From Octopus sinensis (taxonomy: Eukaryota): a stretch of DNA of 64,000 bases. Where the stretch lies: contig NC_042998.1 of the NCBI RefSeq assembly GCF_006345805.1, positions 171,988,001 to 172,052,000 on the forward strand, read 5' to 3'. This document shows, in pieces, positions 14,241 through 23,810 of the stretch. The number at the start of each line of letters is the position of its first letter. The first letter of the stretch is position 1. The position numbers were made by a program, and so were the translations under genes. Under the pieces are notes generated by a model. It was not told where the DNA came from, did no database searches, and was given only the letters and a program-made list of their open reading frames with translations.

Positions 14241-14899
14241 CTTCCATCTCATTCTCAGTGTAGAAGTTAGAATTAACGCTGTCGTCATAATTTGGATGGC
14301 GGAAGTCAAGACTGATTTACGTTACAATATTTATTCAACGCATCACTATTCTATGTTTAAATATCGTTATGGTTAACCTTGTCTTTTATCTATTGGTAAT
14401 CAAAAGGCAAAATACTATGATAATCAGAGTATTCTATTATCTTTCATGCAATATAGTTATGTGCTTTTTTTCAAATAGATAAACATTTTGTAAGAACATA
14501 TTGTGATATGAACTCATAATGCATTTTATGTATAGGAAAATGAATGACATAAACTTTTGACTCAGCGAAACACCAGTGAATACTTTCGCGTCATGGTATG
14601 GTTGGAAGAAGGTTATTTTGAAAATAGTTACTTGAGGCTTTTTTAAAGTTCAATGTAAACTTTTCAGTTTGGAACTTCATGAATTATTCCTGGAGCAAAC
14701 TAAACGTCCTTATGAAACCTGTTTGGACTAAATAGACTGAAATATTGACAATTAAAATTCACGATCTTTCATACAGAGCACACTCTCAACTCAGTCAATT
14801 ATTACTTTTAAGTTAGATTCAAAAGTAACTTCAAGAATTAACAAAATGAGGTTTTTCTATTTCAACTGTGCCCAGCGTTATGGCATTACCATACTGCAC

Positions 14900-16635
14900 T
14901 CACTCAAAAAGTGATTGTCGTCTCCTTTCCTTCAGACTGTATTTGCTGTCTAAGTTTTGTTGATCTTTGCCATTATCAGATTTGTTCTAAGGGCTTATTC
15001 CTGAGCGGCTATATTTAGCATTTCTGCCTCACGTTTCAAGTTCCCATCCGTCAACCAGAGCCATCGATTTTTACTTCCAATATACTCAGTTGTTGCATGA
15101 ATTGGTCATGTAATTCCATATCTTCCTATTTGTTTCTTCTGTTCTTCCTTTTCTCTTTGAATTCCCCTACTGTTTCGGTCACTTTTTGAGTATCCCTGAC
15201 TGTCGATAGTTTTCTTTCTTTACTCTGTACAACATCATTTTTCACACCCCGTATCGCAGTATTAACAGTATCTTCTGCGTGTAGCAATTCTCTACCACCT
15301 TCCTTTCTTGGTAGGTAAAGTCAATCGGTATTCCTTTTAGGGTGGAGCATGTTGTGCATTGTGAGCAGTTTTCTAGTTCTTCTACTCAAGTTCTGTAGCT
15401 CAACATCAGTCCATTTCAGAAAGAGAGCAGAACATCTCAACACGGGCATTGCCCATGTATTTGTGACTTTAAGGATATTCCCTCCATTTAATTTTCTTTC
15501 GAGCACTGTCCTAATTCTTTAGTACATTCTCTCTCTCGTTTCTCCTTCCATTATTATATAACTTGCAGCACTTCTTGATATGTGTATCCCTCATTATTCC
15601 ATAGCGATATAATGACGTTTTGTGGTAATTTTATGTTATCAGAGTTTACTTTCTGGTCTCTCTTCATAATTAGTACTGCGCATTCATTTACCCTAAACTG
15701 CATTCTAGTATCTTACTTGAATACTCTCAATGTTTGGATCAGAGTGTTTAGGTCAGTCTCATTTTTTTGTATACACCAGGAGGTCATCCATATAAAGTAG
15801 ATAATTTATCCTCATCTTGGATTTGGCAAATTCATTGACAGACCTGTATTTTCTCAGTATCCTTTGCCATTATCAGATTTGGAAATTGTCTCTGTGTATT
15901 TTCACGTTGCCTAGAGATTCGTTTGCACCCGTCGGTTCCACTTCTGACACTCTCATTGATTTCGCCCAAAAGTTGTTTATCTTCTCATTGACTCCGAGCG
16001 TCTTCAGACACACCAAGAGCCATTTGAGACATTGTCGTAAGCCTTCTTGTAATCTATTCATCTAACAGCTAAATTCTTCTTCATTACTAGTACCTTATTT
16101 AATATTCTAACTATATATAGCAGATCAGCGGTTCCTCTTGTTTTCTTCCCACATCCGTTTTGTTCCTCTAGCAAGAGGTCCTCCTATTTCAAAAAATTGC
16201 ATATTTCATTTGCTATGAGACCAGTAAATAGTTTCCAGCGTAAGGGTAAGCAAATTATAGGTCTATAATTGCTGACTTACCCTCTCTCTTCCTTGTTTTG
16301 TGTCAGCACTGTCTCACTCCTTTTGTCATCAATGCTGGTGTTCCATTTTCTATGCAGTCAGTAAAAAATGATCGTATATAGCTGTGTATACTTGGGAGAC
16401 TCTTGAACCAGAAACCCTTTTACTTCTTTCAGTCATTAGACTGTGACCATGCTGGAGCACCGCCTTTAGTCGAGCAAATCGACCTCAGGACTTATTCGTT
16501 GTAAGCCTAGTACTTATTCAATCGGTCTCTTTTACCGAACCGCTAAGTGACGGGGACGTAAACACACCAGCATCGGTTGTCAAGCGATGTTGGGGGGGGA
16601 CAAACACAGACACACAAACATATACACACACATAC

Positions 16636-16673
<38 letters not shown>

Positions 16674-17200
16674 TATATATATATTATATATATATACGAC
16701 GGGCTTCTGTCAGTTTCCGTCTACCAAATCCACTCGCAAGGCTTTGGTCGGCCCGAGGCTATAGTAGAAGGCACTTGCCCAAGTGCCACGCAGCGGGACT
16801 GAACCCGGAACCATGTGGTTAGTAAGCAACCTACTTACCACACCGCCACTCCTACGCCTGTACCTGGATACCATATGTTCCAGGGGTAGCGGTGGCGGTG
16901 GTTTCCCATTTCGCTGTTTTCTTAATCGTCTCTTTTATTTTCTAATTCGTGATTGTTACATTTTCTTGCGTCAATCCAACTTACATTTCTCTTTTAAATT
17001 ACCGTAGCCAGCCTGATTTTACATTATGTTGGGCTTTCTTGATCCACATTTCTGTCCAGAATTTCCTGGCTATTTTATCATCTGGCGTATCATTTCCACG
17101 ATGTTCCTCTTCATTGTTCAGTTGTTTATAGAATTTCCGTTGTTCGTAAAAAGTCTACTTTACTGGTACTGATTTGTTCTGCGTTGCTATGTGTTTTTTT
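14900..17200 (-). mobile_element. R4/Dong-clade non-LTR retrotransposon RT remnant, interrupted by a SINE
   Basis: Minus-strand motifs: QRKFYKQLN...KFWTEMW, SNYRPIICLPLRWKLFTG, EEQNGCGK, INYLLYMDDL, LNGGNILKVTNTWAMPVLR...RRTRKLLTMHNMLHPK and LYLPRKEGGR, with many stops. Confidence 0.85.
16419..16857 (-). mobile_element. tRNA-derived SINE family 1 (internal TA/TG microsatellite), full length
   Basis: Head TGTGGTAAGTAG...GGTTCAGTCCC...GGCAAGTG...TTTGGTAGACGGAAACTGA and tail CTTGACAACCGATGCTGGTG...ATGACTGAAA are shared with many copies in the window. Confidence 0.9.
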
Positions 17201-17354
17201 TAATTTTTTCATAGCCATTCATCAAGGTATGCAGCGAGCCACTCATGCAACTGTGAACATTCTCCAGCCAATAATCTTGCACTCCATCCAGGCCTGGTCT
17301 TTCCCATTTTGGTGTCTTTTTAACTTCAGTATATATATATAAATTGTGCGACAG

Positions 17355-17500
17355 GCCTCGTTCGATTTCTGTCTACTAAATCCACTCATAAGGCTTTCGT
17401 CAGACCAGGACAATAGTACAAGACTCTTGGCCAAGGTGCCACGCAGCAGGACTGAACCTGAAACCATGTGGTTGCAAAGAAAACTTCTTATAACACAACC
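17355..17500 (-). mobile_element. SINE family 1, 5' part
   Basis: Diverged match to the family 1 head (CCAAGGTGCCACGCAGCAGGACTGAACC). Confidence 0.75.
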
Positions 17501-17510
17501 AAAAGTTGAC

Positions 17511-17628
17511 ACTTACAATATCTAGGCTTCCCATACGATCTCCCATGTAAGTACTGACTAGGCTCGACATTGTTTAACTACGGTGATCGGAGGAGAATCG
17601 GAACTTCCAATTTGATATGAGCGAAAGT
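17511..17628 (-). pseudogene. Degenerate 5S rRNA gene copy
   Basis: The reverse complement ACTTTCGCTCATATCAAATTGGAAGTTCCGATTCTCCTCCGATCACCGTAGTTAAACAATGTCGAGCCTAGTCAGTACTTACATGGGAGATCGTATGGGAAGCCTAGATATTGTAAGT is 118 nt and colinear with metazoan 5S (box A and box C regions recognisable). A T4 run follows shortly after; many substitutions. Confidence 0.8.
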
Positions 17629-17907
17629 AATGTACACAACCCCATCAGCCTCAGCGGAGTTTTGCTGTTTTTTTGTGTAATCAAAGGCGTAATTGTCTAG
17701 TGCGGAGCTGAAAATCAGTTTTCTACGAGTTGGTGTGACTCGTAACGAAAAATATATGTACTACATTTGTGGCTCGCACACAGACACACACAAGCACAAA
17801 CACACACACACACTGACACCCTCACACACACCCTCCAACATTTTTTCCTTGTGTCCTTATATACATATACGAAGGGGAGACAAACACCCCCGGCCGCCGG
17901 AACTGCA

Positions 17908-17953
17908 TCTAGGGACACCGTGTTTCAGGATCGTTGTCCTTCATCGGCCTAGA
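17908..17953 (-). ncRNA. Type I hammerhead ribozyme (HHR-D), CCGAUGA core variant
   Basis: The reverse complement reads UCUAGG-CCGAUGA-AGGAcaacgaUCCU-GAAA-CAcggUG-UC-CCUAGA. All three stems pair; the only core deviation is U4 to C. Confidence 0.75.
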
Positions 17954-17982
17954 GTAGCAGACACCGGTCAGCTGGTGATATT

Positions 17983-19733
17983 ATATCTTTATTCTGGGCA
18001 CGATGGCCCTAATTCAGACGGGACATTACAAGACGGGACGTGGGGTACATAAAGTAAAAATAAAATATGAAATAAAGATGAATTATATATAATGAGATGG
18101 AACGGCTTACGAACCCCCAACTCGCAGTTCCGTTTAAAATACAATTGTACATTTCACAATTACATATATTCCAGTTCAAAATACAATTTTACATTTTACA
18201 ATTTTACAATTAACAATTTTACTTTTTAACATTACATATATTCTAATTCTTTTATATTGGACGTTCGTCCGTCATATATTCTATTAAGTCCATTTGGTCT
18301 ATTACATTTGGTAAATTGTCATACCGTACATAATGCGTTATATAAATAGCATTAAATATCTTTTTTAATTTTGTGAATGTTTCTTTTTCTATAACTGCGC
18401 CTTTTACATCGTCACCATACAGTTTTGGGTTCAACTTCACCCTGACCAACCCTTTCCTACCTGCAAGTCTCTTTTCCACTTCTGTATTCTTGATATACAT
18501 CACAACTGCTTTCAGGTTTTTTCCTGCAGGCCTTCTTCCCTTTTTACACGCTTCCAACTGCTCTTTCACTCTTGTCTCCCATTCTTGGTCAAACTCTGTC
18601 CATGGCTTCTCTCTCGCCTTCTCTTTTACTTCCTGTTCTTTGCATGTTCTCTCTTCTTTTTCTTCTGTTATCTTGCTTTTGATTTTTTTCTTTTTTTGCA
18701 CTTCCGGTGGTGATTCCACCCTTGTTCTCTTCCTATCTTCTGTTCTTTCCTCCTCTGCACTTGCTCGTTCTTCTTCCGTATCCTCATTTAGCTGCTCCTC
18801 CGTTTGTGCCTCCTCTGCTTTCGCTTCCTCCTGCACTTCTCCCTCCTCCACACACGTATCTTTACACTCCTCTATTACAGCCTCCGGTGCTTTCGTTTTT
18901 TCCCGCGGGCACACATCCTTCATGTGGCCCCTTGATTTACAATTATAGCAGACTGGGGGTCTTCCCTCTACCACGACTCTAAGCCGTGTCTCATCAGGGT
19001 AGACCAACTCCTCCGGGATGTTGTACAGGTCTCGCACGGTTATGTGTGCCAGAACCTGCACCGTATATCCCCACCACTTAACCTCTGTTGACTTCTCCAC
19101 CTTCAACACCTCCACACTATCCTTGCAGTTGAAAACCACTGCCGCCAACAACCTCTCCATATTAAATTCGGGCGAAATTCTGCTAATTCTCATCCTCACT
19201 GCCCTCCTTCCGCAGTAACTTGGTAGTAAAGTCCACTTATCCGTTTTCAAAATCCTTGTTGCATTCTTTTTTGCTTCATTTTCTGTTTTAAAATATACCA
19301 CCACTGTGGCATATTTCCTTCCTCTTTTGAAAAATGTGGGTTCACCCTCAATTTCCTTCAGACACTTTTCTACTTCTTCCGTTTCTGCTACTTCTACTTT
19401 TTTCGACGCCACACACCATGTCCTGTACGTTATCATACGCTTCTCCGCGTTGCTTTCTTCCTCCTCGGACGGTGTGACTCTCACGCAGTCACCCTCCCTC
19501 TTTAAACTGTCAAAATACTTCTCTAGAGTTTTCTGTTCGACCACCACTTCTGCCATTTCCTGTTCACTGGCAACTAGGCCTCTGCCTGCTGCTCTCGCAT
19601 AAGTCTGCTCTTGCATTTTCAAAAATCTCCAACAAAAAACTTTTCAACGTCCTCCAACGAACTCGAACTTACAACCTCTTCACAATGACGCACTCGAAAC
19701 AAACACACCAGAATAACGACTCCAAAAAAAATA
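17983..19733 (-). mobile_element. ORF1-only non-autonomous non-LTR retroelement (1751 bp) with a 17-bp TSD
   Basis: Perfect direct repeat GGTCAGCTGGTGATATT at 17966-17982 and 19734-19750. About 117-nt 5' UTR, a single ORF, and about 270-nt AT-rich 3' UTR ending AATAAAGATAT. No RT or endonuclease is encoded. Confidence 0.85.
18252..19616 (-). CDS. Retroelement ORF1-like nucleic-acid-binding protein (RRM-like region plus CCHC zinc knuckle; Tx1/L1-type ORF1 or ZCCHC3-like), 454 aa from the first ATG
   Basis: The only long, non-repetitive intact ORF in the window. It has N-terminal TYARAA, an RRM-like YATVVVYFKTENEAKK segment, LRVVVEGRPPVCYNCKSRGHMKDVCP (CX2CX4HX4C), a Glu/Lys-rich linker with KKKKIK and an unassigned ~90-aa C-terminal region. 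The ORF track starts at a TTG at 19622; the first ATG is at 19616. Confidence 0.85.
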   Translation of the reverse strand: MQEQTYARAAGRGLVASEQEMAEVVVEQKTLEKYFDSLKREGDCVRVTPSEEEESNAEKRMITYRTWCVASKKVEVAETEEVEKCLKEIEGEPTFFKRGRKYATVVVYFKTENEAKKNATRILKTDKWTLLPSYCGRRAVRMRISRISPEFNMERLLAAVVFNCKDSVEVLKVEKSTEVKWWGYTVQVLAHITVRDLYNIPEELVYPDETRLRVVVEGRPPVCYNCKSRGHMKDVCPREKTKAPEAVIEECKDTCVEEGEVQEEAKAEEAQTEEQLNEDTEEERASAEEERTEDRKRTRVESPPEVQKKKKIKSKITEEKEERTCKEQEVKEKAREKPWTEFDQEWETRVKEQLEACKKGRRPAGKNLKAVVMYIKNTEVEKRLAGRKGLVRVKLNPKLYGDDVKGAVIEKETFTKLKKIFNAIYITHYVRYDNLPNVIDQMDLIEYMTDERPI

Positions 19734-19811
19734 GGTCAGCTGGTGATATTTGCCTCGACTTCGTAATTGTATATATGTATACTCAGTAAAGTTTATTCAC
19801 TGATTATCAAA

Positions 19812-20176
19812 ATAAGAAATATTGAATTTCTAAATCTCTCGTAGAGACATGTACGGTGGTGGGGCGATAGAATGGTTGCATACTGTCAATCTAACAAGAA
19901 CGTGACAGTAGGGGGTACACCACCGCTGTATAGCCCTAGGAAGCATCGAACGCCTCCTGATAGCTTTGACACATTTTTGTCTCCCCTTCGTATATGTATA
20001 TAAGGACAAAGGGAAAAAATGTGTCAAAGCTATCAGGAGGCGTTCGATGCTTCCTAGGGCTATACAGCGGTGGTGTACCCCCTACTGTCACGTTATTGTT
20101 AGATTGACAGTATACAACCATTCTATCGCCCCACCACCGTACATGTCTCTACGAGAGATTTAGAAATTCAATATTT

Positions 20177-20181
<5 letters not shown>
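19812..20181. repeat. Long near-perfect inverted repeat (167-bp arms, 36-bp spacer)
   Basis: 19812-19978 is the reverse complement of 20015-20181, with 2 mismatches seen. Confidence 0.95.
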
Positions 20182-20225
<44 letters not shown>

Positions 20226-20227
<2 letters not shown>

Positions 20228-20684
20228 GAATAGGTAAATAAATGGAGTTGAACGATGTTAATAAAATTCTTTTACTTTCGACATCTTTGACGTCAAATCT
20301 ACTAACAGTCTTTTTAAATACTTAATAACATTCTGTTTACCATGTAGGCAGTCATCGTAATTGTTATAATGTATTGTTGTTGAGAGAGGCTCTCTTTCTT
20401 TCCTGATGAGAAGATTGCATCTTGCACCGTTTATTCCTTTGGAATAAAACCATGTTGTCTTCGAAACATATGTCGAAAGTAAAAGAATTTTATTAACATC
20501 TTCGTTCAACTCCATTTATTTACCTATTCGTCTATAACACACAAATTACTGCACATTAACCCGAAGTTTCTACATTTGGATAGGTCGCTTCAACCGTGTT
20601 TCTGACGTGAATTTGCTACCCTGGTAACGGTTCATTGAATTTTCCATGTTAACGGTAAACATAGGATAATTCATTCACCCATTG

Positions 20685-20686
<2 letters not shown>
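20226..20686 (+). mobile_element. Hammerhead-bearing element in (TA)n with an inverted terminal duplication; same family as 4234-4552
   Basis: IR 20226-20284 vs 20470-20531. It shares CATATGTCGA...CGTTCAACTCCATT and TTCAACCGTG...GTGAATTTGCTACC with the reverse complement of 4234-4552. Confidence 0.8.
20393..20486 (+). ncRNA. Type I hammerhead ribozyme (HHR-E)
   Basis: CUUUC-CUGAUGA-GAAGAU...GUCUUC-GAAA-CAUAUG-UC-GAAAG: intact core, long stem II, palindromic stem III. Confidence 0.85.
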
Positions 20687-20719
<33 letters not shown>

Positions 20720-20723
<4 letters not shown>

Positions 20724-20990
20724 AACAAAAAGAAAGCAAAGACTGAAGAATTTCAGACGATGTTGCTCTTTATATTGGTCGATCAAACTTACACAGAGCA
20801 CAAACGACAGAGAAGATTAAAGGTTAAGTGGTAAGGTGCTGGAAGAGGTAGCTGTTGGACTTATAGCACCTATCTTCTCCCCTTTAATTTTCTCTGTCGT
20901 TTGTACTCTGTATAGGTTTGATCTATTAATATACAAAGCTATGTATTCATCGTCTGAAAGTCTTTAGTCTTTGCTTTCTTTCTGCATACA
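20720..20990. mobile_element. Fold-back / MITE-like element with ~105-bp imperfect inverted arms
   Basis: 20720-20823 vs 20881-20990 (AGAAAGCAAAGAC / GTCTTTGCTTTCT; ACAAACGACAGAGAA / TTCTCTGTCGTTTGT). Confidence 0.75.
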
Positions 20991-20992
20991 TA

Positions 20993-21387
20993 CAGGAGTG
21001 GCTGTGTGGTAAGTAGCTTGCTTACTAACCACATTGTTCCGGGTTCAGTCCCACTGCGTGGCACCTTGGGCAAGTGTCTTCTACTATAGCCTCGAGCCGA
21101 CCAAAGCCTTGAGAGTGGATTTGGTAGACGGAAACTGAAAGAAGCCCGTCGTATATATGTATATGTATATATATGTGTGTGTGTTTGTGTGTCTGTGCTT
21201 GTCCCCCCAGCACCACCAACATCGCTTGACAACCGATGCTGGTGTGTTTACGTCCATGTAACTTAGCGATTCGGCAAAAGAGACCGATAGAATAAGTACT
21301 AGGCTTACAAAGAATAAGTCCTGGGGTCGATTTACTCGACTAAAGGCGCAGTCAAATGACTGAAACAAGTAAAAGAGTAAAAAGAGT
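20993..21387 (+). mobile_element. SINE family 1, near full length
   Basis: Same head, internal microsatellite and tail as 16419-16857. Confidence 0.9.
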
Positions 21388-21417
21388 ATATATATATATA
21401 TATATATATATAATATG

Positions 21418-21496
<79 letters not shown>

Positions 21497-21890
21497 TCTA
21501 CACACACTGTATATAGAACCCAAACTACTATATTTAATTTGTTTATCCGCATAATTGCCTACATACGTATTTATATATGTATATGAGCGTCTATGTCTCA
21601 GTGTGTGCGTTGTTTTAATTATTGTATTTCCTTATATTTTCTTATTTATTTTATATTTATTCCGAGTAACTTTTTTGTGTGTCTTTTTTATATATATTTT
21701 GAACTCGTTTCATTATATATTGCGTAACTTCTTTCACTTCGTCCTTCATCTTTGAACTCGCCTTTCCCACCCCACGTGTCTTTGTAAAAACCCTCTCACC
21801 CCGTTTAATGTTCTCGGCATTTCATTTTAACTCTTCGAGCCCTTTGTGGCTAATAAAAAAAAAGATTATTATTATTATTATTATTATTAT

Positions 21891-21939
<49 letters not shown>

Positions 21940-21949
21940 GGTGGTAGTT

Positions 21950-21993
<44 letters not shown>

Positions 21994-23044
21994 GTTGTTG
22001 CTTGCGTTATTGCACTGCTGGAAAACACTTGTCCTGAACTGAATTGCAACTGTAAGTTCTTCGTTTTATCCTTTAAGGTTTGAACTTTTCAGTCAGCTGT
22101 AACTCTGTTCAATGTCACAGTCTCGTCTGCCGTCCCTTTTAGGGAATTAAACATATAAACGCTTTACTTTTACATTTGCTATTTATTTTCTCTTCCGTTT
22201 ATTATTTTTTTATTTTTATCTTTGTTATAATTATGTTTCTCGTTCGTGTTTGTGTTGTTAATGTATTTATGTTTCCTGCTGAGTGTAGGGTTAGGGGTGT
22301 TTAAAATGCTCCCTATTTTAAAATGTATATTTGCTTTTTAATGCATGTAATATTATTATTATTTTTCCCCCCTTTGCTGTGTTTTCATGATGTAAAACTA
22401 CAAGTATTATGTTATGGTTTTGTTTGGAGATAGGAAGATAGGCCGTTAACAGATGCTTTGTAGGTCATCCCCAGTTCATAAGAGCCCAGAACTCAATTTT
22501 ATTCAAGTATGTAAATACTTTTGAATGACGCAGTATGAATTCATGCAAAACGCTAGCTTGTTTTTCGATAAACCTAGTCAACTCCCAACATGTTACATAG
22601 AAACATTATATCGGTTTCTTGGCATATTTCTAACTTTGCTCGCGTAAAGGCTCTTAGTTATAGAAAATTAGAAATTCGTTCATTTGCCAAAAGCTTTAGC
22701 CGTGTGAACGAAGTGAGTTGGCTTCAAACGGGAACAGGAATTGCATGCTAGATCTCACTTTCAGGGAGCTTACCTCAACAGAAAGATGCATATCTCGAAC
22801 CCTTATATTATGAATAGTAAAGCCGTAGTGTTGGCGTCCTTTCTCTTTTTGAGTGGTCGACTAGAGATTCTGTTTAAGGCCTCTCCACTTTTTCCAATGT
22901 TATTCCTTATTTCACTCTTCTTCTTTTCTCATTCCCTACTCAATATATGAATGGTTCTCAAAGTTTTAGATCTTAGGTAGAGTGGTCTATCATATCGCAA
23001 TAATGTTTGTTTTATTTATTCATTAGATACAAAAACTTGTGCAG

Positions 23045-23810
23045 CCCTTTGAGAAAGTATCTTCTACTATTGCCCCAGCTGACCAATGCTTTGTAAGTGG
23101 ATTTGGTATATGGAAACTGTGTGGAATCCCGTATCCCGACATGTGCCAGTATAAATATGTGTGTGTGTGGTGTGTGTGTAACGCATGGTTCAGTGGTTAG
23201 AGCGTCGGGTTCACAATCACGAGGTTGTGAATTTGATTTCCTGACAGGGCTGCGTGATGTGTTCTTGAGCAAGACACTTCATTTTGCGTTGCTCCAGTTC
23301 GCTGTAGAAATGAGTTGCGATGTCACTGGTGCCAAGCTCTGTCGGGCTTTGCCTTTCCATTGGATAACATCAGTGTCGTGGAGAGGGTAGGCTGGTATGC
23401 ATGAGCGACTGCTGGTCATTCATAAGCAACCTTGCCCGGACTTGTGTCTCGGAGGGTCACTTTCTAAGTACAATTCCACGGTCATTCATGACCGAACGGG
23501 GTCTTTACAATTTACCCTTCTTTATGTATGTATGTATGTATGTATGTATGTATGTATGTATGTATGTATGTATGTATGTATGTGTCTGCGTGGCTTTGTG
23601 TTTGTGTTTGTACCCCCACTATCGCTTGACAACTGGTGTTGGTTTGTTTCTGTCCCTGTAACATAGCGGTTGACAAAAGAGACTGATAGAAAAAGTATCA
23701 GATATTAAAATATTCTCCGAGGTCAATTTCTTCAACTAAACCCTTCAAGGTGGTGCCCCAGCATGACCGCAGTTCAATGACTGAAACAAGTAAAAGATAA
23801 AAGATAAAGA
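23045..23810 (+). mobile_element. Diverged SINE family 1 with a nested SINE family 2 copy (23182-23520)
   Basis: Family 1 pieces lie at about 23045-23130 and 23580-23810. The inner tRNA-like head GGTTCAGTGGTTAGAGCG matches 48138-48475. Confidence 0.8.

Larger units (their letters stand above)
17838..20181 (-). mobile_element. Fold-back hammerhead-bearing non-autonomous element (Penelope-like pLTR derivative), split by the ORF1-only insertion
   Basis: The 47-bp segment 17838-17884 is an inverted copy of 19976-20022. HHR at 17908-17953, 167-bp inverted arms at 19812-19978 and 20015-20181. Bounded by a CA-rich tract on the left and (TA)n on the right. Confidence 0.7.

Noticed and set aside
18373-19602. 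Plus-strand ORFs (191, 91, 66 and 98 aa)
   Set aside because: They are antisense shadows of the Glu/Lys-rich ORF1.
19830-20163. Paired near-identical 65-aa ORFs on opposite strands
   Set aside because: They result from the palindrome, have non-ATG starts and show no recognisable domain.
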